Origin: Lama guanicoe | Taxonomy: Eukaryota | Length of the DNA stretch: 64,000 bases | Assembly (NCBI GenBank): GCA_013239625.1 | Contig: MU053881.1 | Coordinates: 8,207,957-8,271,956, forward strand | Direction: 5' to 3' | Part shown: one piece after another, positions 25,539 to 36,908 of the stretch | Layout of the letters: the number at the start of each line of letters is the position of its first letter | How positions within the stretch are numbered: position 1 is the stretch's first letter | Notes under the pieces: model-generated | Database searches by the model: none | The model's input: the letters and a program-made list of their open reading frames with translations, nothing else | What the model was told of the DNA's origin: nothing | Translations under genes and position numbers: made by a program

Positions 25539-28249
25539 GTGAGTACCCCCACACGGCTGCCACTTCCCCGGGGAACAGAGGGCGGGGCTGAGCACTCCTG
25601 GTCCCCACTCTCCTTGGCTCACAGCGCACTCCGCCCCCACCCGAACCTCCCCACCCAGCTCTCTGAATTTGCTCAATCTGGCAGAGAGAGCGAATGCTGA
25701 AGAGCCAGCCGTTCCTGGTTCCAGCCCACCACCTCCTGTGGAACCTGAAGCACGTCCCTAACCCCTCTGAGTTTCTTCCTCTTGATGTGCAAAATGGGAT
25801 CCCTAGCACCACCTCCCTGTGGGGGTTAGGATGCGCAGCTACACAGCTCCGGTATACTGACGATCGTTGTTTCACAGTTGGTCCCCCTGGCTTCAGAGGG
25901 GCGATGTAAACACTGTGAACCTCTTCAGGGAGACCAAGCTCGTGGATCAGCGAGCACAGGCTGGAAGCCCAGGGCCGGCACACAGACAGCACTCCGTTAG
26001 CAACTGAGTCGACCCAGAGAGTATCTTGAGAGTTTTAATAAGTGGCCAGCATTTAAATACCAGGAGGTTTCTCATATAAGCCCTCATTTCTACACTGTCT
26101 TGGAAAATGGAGAGAACTGGCTGTCCCAGGGTTTCCCTCTGCCTTCCTGCAGGGCTGGGCAGTCCCGCCCCTTTGAACAGGGATCTGCAGTCTGCAGCCT
26201 TCATGCCAGCTCCCTTACAACTTGTCGCCTTAAGACACCTACGTGGCCCTGGCCTGCACATGGGTAGCGGATGGCCAACTGAGGCAGATGAGCTCTGAGC
26301 AAACACCAGATGGCCACGGAGTCCCCTGCTTTCCAGGCACGGCTCTGCCCTCCCCAGCTGTGTGTCTTCCCATCCATGAAATCACCCATGATAATGATGG
26401 TGATCGCCTCACAGGGTCGTATGAGGATTAAATGAGATACTGTATGTAAAGCACTTAGCGCAGCTCTGGCTCACGGGCAAACACTGTGTAAATATTCATT
26501 TGTTATGGCTCTTCTCACGTCAGCACTTGCAAGAGCAGGAATGGCACTCTTCTGCCGCCCTTAACCGTAGGCCCAGCTGTCACCTGATTTTTGTGCCTTC
26601 TCATCTTGCACCTATTTTGTTGACAAGGGAGGACCTTTTGAATGATATTCCCGTGAGGACAGGGATGCCAGACCCTCTGCCCTCAAACCTATCACCTTCT
26701 TACCCTTCTGGCCCATTATTACTAGAAGAGTGATAACCATATTTTATGGGGCTTTTCATGGTCATTACCTCATACAACTTTCTGCAACAGTGCTCTGAGG
26801 TTGAGAGGACTATGCCCATTTTAAAGATGGGAAAACTGAGGCCCAGACTGGTCAAGTAACTGGCCCAAGATTCAGCAGTCAGGAGGTTGCAGACCCCGGG
26901 ATCCTTCCCAGGACCCAGTGACAGTGGACAAACAGCACCCAACAAGCGGGTCCATTCCAGAGCCTCCAGGCTGGTGTGATTTATTGAGGCCCATGAAACA
27001 CCAGTGTCAGCGACAACTCCTGCCACATGTCATCTGTGCTGTTATTAAAAATCAATCCTCTAGGGGCAAAGAAGTGCCTGCACCGACAGTGTGCAATCTG
27101 TTATTGTCACTTATTTATCATCCACCTTCTCTGGGGAGCTTGAGGATGGAGACATCAGCAGAACCATTTCCCTGCTTCAAATTGAGCACAGCGGGCTCGT
27201 CTCATTGGCTGGGGCTGGACCCGCTCCCCCCTCCACCTCCTACCATCCCCCCTTCAATCCCAACCTGTTGTCTCCTGTCCCAGTCTTCCGGTTCTGGGCA
27301 CAGGTTTGCTGCCAGAGGGTGGGACCTGCCATTTTAATGGAATCTGTGTGTGTATGTTCATAATTGGAGCAGTTCTGGTTGGGGCAGCTCCACATGTGAG
27401 AGGGAGAAAGAGAATGTCTGCCTGTCCATCTGTCTGTTTGCCAGAGCAATGGGGCGCCCCTCACCCCCCTCTCCGGGGGTTCCTTCTTCCTCAGCATCTT
27501 GCTGGTCCTGCTGCAGAACCACGGCTGTCATTAGCTCGCCAGGAGTCCACACGCAAACCACTTACACTTGCTTCTTGAATTCAGCATGAGTAGGCTTTTC
27601 GCATCATCATTTTAGAATCATGGGATCTCTTGGATAAAAAGAGACTCTTAAAGGCCCTCATTCCAACCATCTACCTCAGTGGGGAGCAACCATTTTCTGC
27701 ATAAGGGCCAATGCAGGAAAAATTTTAGTGTTTATGACCTACATTTCTTTTATGGTATTTGTATCCTTTCTCCTGGTAATTGCACATCTAGGAATTTTTA
27801 CTACAGGCTAATCCAAAAAAAAAAGAGAGAGAGAAGAGTTCTCTGTATTAAGATCTTGGTTGCACTGTTATTTTTAACCTAAATTTTAAGCATTACCCAG
27901 CAGTGCCACAGTGGGGAAGCGTTCAAGGAAAGCACGAGGCAACCGGTTGATGAAGTGCAATTATTAAAAGAGGCAAAGAGGAAAACTAGGTAGCAGTGTG
28001 GGAACCTGTTTACCACTTAGCGTGATGTGGGGAAATAACCCTGATCGGTATACATGTTACAGCTGTACCTTGTGAACATGGATGGCAATGGAGAAGGACT
28101 GTAAGGGGACATGGGCAAATGAGAAGACCCTCTGATAGCGAACTGTTAATATAGTCGTTTCTGTAATAAGGGAAGACAAAGTTGAAGATGAATGAAGACA
28201 GTAACATTTATAATTTGGGGGGTTGAGAAACAAAATAGGATTTAAAAAT

Positions 28250-28335
28250 TTTTTCTATTGAGGTATAGGTTGATTTACAGTGTTTCTGATGTATAGCAAA
28301 GTGATTAAGCTTTATATATATACGTGTGTGTGTAT

Positions 28336-28380
<45 letters not shown>

Positions 28381-28721
28381 CACATACTTTTTCAGATTCT
28401 TTTCCATTATAGGTTATTACAAGATAGTGAATGTAGTTCCCTGTGCTATACAGTAGGTCCTTGTGTTTATTTTATATATAATAGTATGTATCTGTTAATC
28501 CCAAACTCCAAATTTATCCCTCCCCCTCCTTTCCCCCTTTGGTAACCATAGGTTTCTTCTGAGAGTCTATTTCTGCTTTGTATCACTTGTATCATTCTTT
28601 TAGATTCCACACAGAAGTGATGTCATATGATAGTTGTCTTTCTCTGCCTGACTTAATTTCACTTAGTCTGATCATCTCTAGGTCCATCCGTGTTGCTGCA
28701 AATGGCATTATTTCATTCTTT
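28250..28721 (-). mobile_element. LINE-1 3' end with embedded (CA)n
   Basis: L1 3'UTR motifs; TSD caaaataggattt (28231-28243) / cagaatacgattt (28722-28734). Confidence 0.9.
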
Positions 28722-30333
28722 CAGAATACGATTTTTGAAATCAGAAATTGCAGCATCTGTAACTGCATTTGGACATTTGTATATCCTTTTGCCAATTCTA
28801 AAGAGTTCCATTAATTTGATTAAAATGTCAGAGACCCAGGGATGCTGGCAGTTTGGAGTGAGGGAGGAGAGTAAGCCTCAAGGTTCAGCCATAGACAAGG
28901 GCCAACAAGTCTTCCAGAAAGCAAGAAAAAAGACATGTGAGAGAGAGAGAGTGTGTGTGCGTGTGTGTGTTGGCGGGTGGATATGAATACATTTCTGAGA
29001 CAGGACCTTGGTCAAGGAGCTCTGAGCACAAAACATTGTGTGAAAATAAGCTTTCCCTACTTTAGTCCTAATCTAAAAATAGCTGTGAGAGCACATTCTC
29101 ATGGACATTCTAGTCCTTCTCCAGGGATCTGTGTGCTCCCTGATCTTTGCCCCACACTGAGCCACATGCCTTATATGCGTGTGGTCCCAACTGTCACGCT
29201 GCAGCCCCAGCCGCAGGAGGGCCACCTGGAGTCAGTTAGCGCTGGGAGGGCTGTTCCAGTGTGCATGTGACAGAGCCAACAGGATTATCATTCATCATCC
29301 TCCGTGTTTTCAGCTCCTAGTCCCTGAAATATGCGGTGTATGCACATGGGGCTGTTCTTCACTGTTCAGCCAGTGCCTGGATTCTCTCTACGATGTCTCT
29401 GCCTAGGGCTCCATTTGCCCTTTGCCTGATTACCTTCAGAGACCGGGAGCGCGTTCCCTCCCTTCCCAGACAACCTCGTTCCATTTTTGACTGAGGGGGC
29501 TTCAAGATGGCCAAACAGAAGGATGCAGAACTGACCCTCTCCCATAAATACATCAAAATAATTTTCGACCAGCTGTTGAACATCAGACAGTTCTGGTGAG
29601 CCAGAAGGTGACTCCTTGTGACCTTCAAATCATGGCCCTGGTTTGACCCTTTGGTGCCTCCAAAAAAAAAAAGTTTAATTTTGAATTTTATAAATGAGGA
29701 GTGAGTCTTAGAAATTATTCTGTCCACACCACTCATGTCTAAGACAAGGAGATAGATTCAGAAAGGTTGAATGACTTGCTCAGGATCATTCACTTATTCA
29801 TCCTTTCCCTAATGACTACTGTGAGTTAAATGCTGCGCTAAACACTAGGGGCGGAAAGAGGGAATGAAGCACAGTTCCTGCTTTCAGAGAGGTCATGGTC
29901 TGGAAAAGGAAACAGACAAGGAAGTCGGCAACACAGTACAGGGGGATATCTGTGGAAGAGCCACAGAAATACAAGTGAGAGGATGTAACCCAGAGTTGGC
30001 CGTCAAAAAGACTTCCTGAAAGATATCGCATTTATTCAGCCGTGACCATACGCTGCACACTGGGCTGAATGCTTTAGTGACATCATCATATTCACTCTTC
30101 CCATCAACTCTAGGAAGAATATCCCACTATTATCCCCATTTCCTAGATGAGGAAACAGAAGCTTGGCAAGATTGAGTAGCTTTCCCAAGGTGACACCACC
30201 AGCACAGAATCAAGTTGAGATTTGAAGCCGAGACTTGCTCTCAGAACCACTGCTCTTAACTCCTGCTCCCAAAGCTTAGCCTGAGATGCCAGGTGGAATT
30301 ACCTAAATAGGGATAGAAGTGAAGAACATTTCA

Positions 30334-30467
30334 GGGGTGGCAGGGTACAGCTCAGCAGGAGAGCTCATGCCTAGCATGCATACGGTCCTGGGTTCAGTCC
30401 CCAGTGCCTCCATTATAAATAAATAAGCCAATAAGCCTGATACCTCCCAAATAAATAAACAAGAAAC
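30334..30467 (+). mobile_element. tRNA-Ala-derived SINE (vic-1-like), diverged
   Basis: gggtacagctcagcaggagagctcatgcctagcatgcatacggtcctgggttcagtccccagtgcctcc + aataaa tail. Confidence 0.85.
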
Positions 30468-30489
30468 CGCTGCTTAAAATTTTTGTAAT

Positions 30490-31456
30490 TAAAAAAACCC
30501 AAATCCCCAAATAGACAGAAGACCTAGATAAGCAATTCTCCAGTGAAGGCATACAAATGGCCAATAGGCACATGAAAAAATGCTCAGTATCATTAATTAT
30601 CAGAGAAACGTAGATCAAAACTGCAATGAGGTATCACCTCACACCAGTCAGAATGGCCGTCATTCAAAAATCCACAAATGACAAATGCTGGAGAGGCTGT
30701 GGAGAAAGGGGAACCCTCCTACACTGCTGGTAGGAATGCAGTTCGGTGCAGCCGTTATGGAAAACAGTATGGAGATTCCTCAAAAAACTAAAAATAGACT
30801 TACCATATGACCCAGCAATCCCACTCCTGGGCATATATCCAGAGGGAATTATTATTTGAAAAGACACATGCACCCCAGTGTTCATAGCAGTGCTATTTAC
30901 AATAGCCAAGACATGAAACAACCTAAATGTCCATCGACAGATGAGTAGATAAAGTTGTGGTATGTATATATATGTATGTGTATATATACATGTATATACA
31001 CATACACAATGGAATACTACTTATCCATAAAAAAGAATGAAGTAATACCATTTGCAGCAACATAGATGGACCTGGAGATCATTATTCTAAATGAAGCAAG
31101 CCAGAAAGAGAAAAATACCATATGATATCACTTACATGTGGAATCTTAAAAAAAGGACACAAATGAACGTTTTTACCAAACAGAAACAGACTCACAAACA
31201 TGGAAAACAAACTTATGGGGAAGGGGGTGGGGAAGGATGAATTGGGAGTTCAAGATTCGTAGATAATAAGTACTATATATAGGTAAACAGCAAGTTTCTG
31301 CTGTATAGCGCAGGGAACTATATTCAGTATCTTGTAACCTGTTATGAAAAAGAGTATGAGAAGTAATCTAGGTGTGTATACATATGACTGAAACATTAAG
31401 CTGTACACCAGAAATTGACACAACATTGTAAACTGACTATACTTCAGTTTTTAAAA
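30490..31456 (+). mobile_element. LINE-1 ORF2 C-terminus + 3'UTR, sense to SLIT3
   Basis: gaagacctagataagcaattctcc...gtatcacctcacaccagtcagaatggcc...gacccagcaatcccactcctgggcatatatcc...aaactgactatacttca. Confidence 0.92.
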
Positions 31457-32365
31457 ACGGAGGGAAAAGAGGCAAAGGAAATATAAATTCCCCGACAGAG
31501 GCCCAGAAGTCAGGAAGGGCGTGTGCCCTGGGGATACATCAGAACCTCCAGGTGCGGCAGTCCTGGAATCCCAACACGGGACTCACTGCTACCTTTGAAA
31601 TGATACCTCTGCGTAAGGTTTCTACTCTAGGTGGGTCATGCCTTGAGAGGAGTGGCCCGAAATACGTCCAAGAACATGGAGGGGGAAGGAGTCGTGACCA
31701 TGCTTGCAACAACCCTCGCTAACATCGTGTGCGGGCCCTGCATGGAGTCCTGCTCCAGCTGAACCACTTGCATTGTATCTTTAAATCCTTACAACCAGCT
31801 TAGCAAGCAGTATATGAGATCCCTTCCTGACTAACGGGAAAGTGAATCAGTTCAAACCACCTCAGGCAGAAAAAGAGAATGTATTGATGCAGGTAACTGA
31901 AAAATTCAGAAGAACAGTCAGTAGAACATTAGGTTCTAGGGCTGGACGCAGGAACTCCAGTGGTACTGTCGGAAATGTGTCTCTACCCCTCAAGATGAAA
32001 CTACCAGAGAAAGCCCCGGAAGTGCCTCTCGTTGGCCCGCTGAGGCCACATACTCAGCCTCAGCCCCATCGCTGTGACTCCGGTTGGGCAGACCTGGGCC
32101 ATAGCTCTGCCCATGAGGCCAAACCACTTGGACTGAGAAGTGAGGAGGGGCGAGTCCCCAACAGAAGACGGAGGAACCACTACAAAAAAGAGGAGAGTGA
32201 TGTTGATCAGCGCACACCCTCAAACAAGTATCTACCACAAGGAGATGCTAAGAGTTCCTCCATTTTAGAGATGAGAAGACTGAGGCACAGGAAGAATCAG
32301 TCCGTTGTCTCAGGTCGCACAGACAGGGATTATCAGAACAGGGATTTGAACACAGGCTGTCTGGC

Positions 32366-32438
32366 TTCATCACCTCTTTGTTTAACTAGGGCTCCCTTCG
32401 CAGCCCAGGGGACGGTGCCCAGAGGCACTAAGGAAACC
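32366..32438 (+). repeat. 73-bp direct repeat, copy 1
   Basis: 72/73 identical to 33677-33749. Confidence 0.95.
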
Positions 32439-33676
32439 CCCAGGTCACCCGGGAGTGGCCTGGCTTGCTCAGAAGAGAATTCAACCCCCCACACACACAT
32501 TTAGGACAAGGACATTCCTGCCATCTGTCATACACACTGTGAGCACCTGGGGATAGGCAACCCAGCGTGGACGGGGGTGCTCTTGCCCTCCTGTTGCTCT
32601 AATAATGCCCTCAGCTGCATCCTGAAATTCCCTGGTCTGCTTTGACACCTCCAAAGAGTCAGGGGGGAGAAAGGCGTCCCAGGCGCTTAAGGATGAGTCA
32701 TTCTGAGTTCAGAGTTGCCCGCCAGCCCCGGGCCCCAGTGAGGTGTACAGGAGAAGGCGAGGATAGAGGGGGCACAGTTGTCCCGCTTCCCTGGCATCCG
32801 TTAGGAGGGTGGTTGGACGTGCAGGAGTCCTCCTTGGGGGGCCAGACCAGGAGCAAGAAGCTGCAGTGTGGGCAGGTTTCTTTAGCATTGTCCCAATAAA
32901 TTACAGCCCCGTTACTCTGCAGTTTAGAGAGATCTCAGCGGCTCAGCTCATCATAATGGGTGTGTGACGTGCAGGAGTCACAGCACCAAAGCTGCCTCTG
33001 GGTCATTTGGTGTTTTTGAATTAGGGCTTTGTGCCTCTCCAGGGGCCCGAGCTGCATTCGGAAATGACTAACAGTGGGGCTGGGTGCGTTTGCCAAACAG
33101 CAAGCAGCCGTGGAGTCATCCAAGCTAATAGCAGGCGGGAGCCGGTGTGATTTATAAATAGCCACATGAATGAGAGACTAAATGGTACTGATGAAGGAGC
33201 TAAGAAGTGCTTCCCGCCCCTTACCCAGGATGGTGAGGAGCTACCAGGAACACTCTTCAGAGGACTGGTTACCCTCATCCTATTTCCTGGCTGCCCAAGT
33301 ATTGTGGACAGCTTTCACCCTGCCCCTCAAGGAGACCAGGGATCTGGGCAGAGGGGGAAGGGGAGGTGCTTATGGTAATGAGGGGACAACTAAGTGTGGT
33401 CCAGAGGACCAGGAACAGCAGCATCACCTGGGAGCGTGTTAGACATGCAGCATCTCGGGCCCACTAAATCCGAATCTCTGGGAATGGGGCTCAGAGATCT
33501 GCATGTGTATTAGCGCCAAAGCTCAGCCAGCTTGAGCAGCCCTGTTCACCATTAAGTGTAATTAAGCTCATGTCTATATGTCAGCTGAAGACCCAGGGCA
33601 GGCCAGCCTCAGCTAAAAGGAAAGCAGAAGAGCAGATTCATAAGTTATCATCCTGTTTACACTTCCATGGTCAACG

Positions 33677-33749
33677 TTCATCACCTCTTTGTTTAACTAG
33701 GGCTCCCTTTGCAGCCCAGGGGACGGTGCCCAGAGGCACTAAGGAAACC
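33677..33749 (+). repeat. 73-bp direct repeat, copy 2
   Basis: 72/73 identical to 32366-32438. Confidence 0.95.
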
Positions 33750-34897
33750 ATTGAGTTTCTGCCACTGTCACCCACCTTGCGTTTCACGGGCCAGATCCAA
33801 AGTGAGTCATCAGTTTGGGGATCCTTTGGTGGGCCGTGGATGATTCATCCTTCCACAGAGGGAACAACCCATGAATTGTGGATTTGCTCATGTTACTTGG
33901 GCAGTAGAGCCGTGTTTCTTCAATTTTTTTCACAGACCTGTTCTCCAGGCATTTATTGAAAGTTCAGTACGTGCCACCACTCTGCAGGTGACAATAGCTC
34001 CCAGCTACTCCCCCGCAGAGTGAAGAGAGGTGTGATTAATGCCAGGCAGGTTGCTGGCCTCTCAGACGTACTGTCGGAAAATGCACACAAGCTGGAGACC
34101 CACACAGGTGTGTAGCTGATGCCAGCTCTGCCCCTCAGGATGAAAGCCCAGCTCCAGGGAATCTCCCTCTGTCACCTGAACTGGGATTGATAGCATTTCT
34201 CCACCCCCTTAAAATCTCTCCAGGTGGATATGGAGAGAACCAGTTTCTTGGTCTGTATCAGACATTCTTCAAGACACTTTTATAAATGTTAATAATGGGT
34301 AACCATTTAGTGCTCAGAGAATGCCAGGCTCCACATGGACTGATGCACCCACAACCAGCTGCTGTGGCAAATCCTTTTACTTTCATTCCCATTTTACAAT
34401 AGGAAACCAAGGCCCAGAGAGGGTGAGTAACTCAGCCCACAGTCACACAGCTGGTAAGCGGCAGAGTCGGGGTCTGAATGCACGCAGCCCAGCTCCGGAA
34501 CTTACAGTCTCAAACACAGTTCTTCACATTACCTCTGAAAGCCCAATGTCTCCATTAGGTAGCCAGCTGTCTCTGTTTCAGGTGCAAAAATGGAGGCCCA
34601 GAGAAGGAAAGTGACTTACCCAGTGTTCCACAGCTGAAAGGGACTGGTTTCTGATTCCATCCCAAATCCGTCTAATTCAAAAGCCCATCTTTGTCTTTCC
34701 CAAACCCTCTACCCCCGACATCTCCGCTGCTGAGCTGGGCATGGAAACATCCGTGCCCCTGACGTGAAGGGGACGCCCCCTCCTGCTGCTGGTGGCAGGG
34801 CCCAGAGTGCGCAGAGGGGTGACTGGGCCAGCCTGGGACACCAAGAGAGTGTAGTGAGTTCAGAGCTGTTACCTTCTGATCTGTGCTTCTGCTTCAG

Positions 34898-34969
34898 AAC
34901 CCTCCACGGCAACGACATCTCGAGCGTCCCCGAAGGCTCCTTCAATGACCTGACCTCTCTCTCCCATCT
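34898..34969 (+). CDS. SLIT3: SLIT3 exon ~24 (LRR, D4)
   Basis: cttcag|A ACC CTC CAC...CAT CT|gtgagt; 72 nt; [24 protein letters not shown]. Confidence 0.95.
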
Positions 34970-35606
34970 GTGAGTAGCCCTGTTTCTGCCCAGCGTGCAT
35001 CTGCTCAAAGCAGAAAACTGTTACAATGCCAGGGAGAACGCTGTCACTGCTCTCATCTCAGGACAGTTCTCTCCATATGCACAGGGTGTGTTTTATTTAC
35101 AAAAACACGTGCACATTGTCCACATTTTGTATCCCCTGCTTCAGATGCCTTCAGAGGCATCCTCAGTTGTGTGAACAATGTAAATATCTAATAAGAACGA
35201 ACATAAAACTCTTATTATGTGCCAGACACTTTAGATGAATTATCTCGCTTATTTCTTACAGCAAGAAGGTATTGGTATCCCCTCACTAGACAGGGTGAAG
35301 CTGAAGTTAAGAAAGGCTGAAGAATTGGTCCAGGGGTGGCACAACTAGTTGGTGGCAGAGACCTGGTTCAAAGCCAGGTTTGCCTGGTGCCAGAGCACAT
35401 ATTCTTTCTGCACGTGGCATCAGGTGGTACCTTCCCATTTACACAGGGGAGACTGGGGCCCACAAAACTACACCTCTGCCAGGGAAAGTGTTTCTCTTTG
35501 CATACCTCCTCTCTGGGTATTCAGTTATTTTTGTATTATGCACATATACTACAACAGTGATATGTTATGTACAGAGATGATGAGACATTCAAAAAATAGA
35601 CACGTT

Positions 35607-35669
35607 GGGAGGGGCGTGTGCTTAGCATGCACGAGGTCCTGGGTTCAATCTCCAGTCCTTTCATTAAAA
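35607..35669 (+). mobile_element. vic-1-like SINE lacking the A-box segment
   Basis: gggaggggcgtgtgcttagcatgcacgaggtcctgggttcaatctccag; TSD aaaaatagacacgtt (35592-35606) / aaaaatagaaatgtt (35670-35684). Confidence 0.85.
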
Positions 35670-35781
35670 AAAAATAGAAATGTTACAGGCTATGATGAAA
35701 AATAAGCAGAAGATTTTGTATTCTCTTCCTGGACAGCACTTGGAAGATGATACCATTTCTCTGCCCTACATTTTCAAGCGG

Positions 35782-36323
35782 AGAGGTGGAGGGGAGGAAA
35801 AACTTCCTTCTCTTCTTAGGATCTGTGGCCGGCCTGACATAAGACCGATTAACCAGAGAAAAACATACACAGTTATTTAATATTTTAATGTGTACATGGG
35901 AGTCTTCAAGAGGAAAATGAAGACCCAAAGAAGCCATTTAGCCCAAAAGCTTACGTACACTTTTACACAAAGAATTATAAACTAAGGGGCTGTGAGGAGA
36001 CAAAGGGGCTGGGGCTAGGGCAGTAAATCATGAGACAGTGACTGGGAAGTATATGGGGGACACTGATGGAAGATGAGGGTTATTTTCATAGGTTTGTACA
36101 GATCCGTTTTAGTGACAGCGCCCCACCTCTGGTGATAAGCATGTTCTCTTCCTGGTGCAGGGAGGGCACCTTTCTCAAAGGAAATTTGGTCTGCGTTTAG
36201 GTAGAAGGGGGAAAGTCAGAGAGCCCTCCCTGCATCTGCTGTTTCTTAAGTGCCTTCAGCTCAAAACAGTCAATAGCCAAAGCAGCATAAGTGGGGGGGG
36301 GTGGCCTGTTCTGAACCCCTTCA
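35782..36323 (-). mobile_element. ERV1 solo LTR, MER41-like
   Basis: Ends ...tgccttcagctcaaaa...ggggtggcctgttctgaaccccttca; internal gattaaccagagaaaaacatac and aatgaagacccaaagaag; possible 4-bp TSD gcgg/gtgg. Confidence 0.7.
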
Positions 36324-36744
36324 GTGGACTGAAGCTGCTTCATTGGTTGCTGGGTATCAAATCCTTCTCTGCAGTACATCCTCCAGTGTACCCTTTAGCA
36401 GGGCAAGAGAGCCAGGTAATCCGAGGGCCAGAGGTCCAGGAAGCCCCCCTGGAGGTGTGGGGATTGGAGTCGAGTTGAGGATGGAGTCTCACCAGGATAG
36501 GTGAGAGCAAAGCCTCAGAGGTGGGAGGGACTTGGGTGGTATTGAAACATCCACAGGTGCTAGAGATACAGTCTGGAGTCATTGCCTTCGCCCTAGTGGA
36601 AATCAGGTCTCTGCTGGTCCTCCTGTGAGACACCCCTAGTTGAGCCAAAGTCTGAAAATTCTGCTTTTCCGAAGGCCAAGACCATAGAACCTGTGGGCCA
36701 AGCAGGGGGACGGGGGGACCCTGACTTCCTGCTCTGCCCCCTAG

Positions 36745-36908
36745 GGCGCTGGGAACCAACCCGCTCCACTGTGACTGCAGTCTGCGCTGGCTGTCGGAGT
36801 GGGTGAAGGCGGGGTACAAGGAGCCCGGCATCGCCCGCTGCAGTAGCCCCGAGTCCATGGCCGACAGACTGCTGCTCACCACGCCCACCCACCGCTTCCA
36901 GTGCAAAG
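36745..36908 (+). CDS. SLIT3: SLIT3 exon ~25 (LRRCT of D4)
   Basis: ccctag|G GCG CTG GGA...TGC AAA G|gtaggt; 164 nt; [54 protein letters not shown]. Confidence 0.96.

Noticed and set aside
25351..25992. Long antisense ORFs (also 5523-6059, 36340-36924, 57301-57966)
   Set aside because: They overlap GC-rich SLIT3 exons on the opposite strand, where stops are depleted; no independent coding signal.
30394..30921. ORFs resembling 'hypothetical proteins' (also 968-1195, 1394-1669, 20431-20685)
   Set aside because: Translations of decayed L1 ORF2/3'UTR sequence.
31842..32504. 220-aa + strand ORF
   Set aside because: Non-ATG start, runs through a MIR remnant, no recognisable domain; chance intronic ORF.
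32366..33749. Direct repeats read as the LTRs of a small element or as a CRISPR-like array
   Set aside because: Only two copies, no TG...CA termini, PBS or PPT; the spacer contains ancient host sequence; eukaryotic context.
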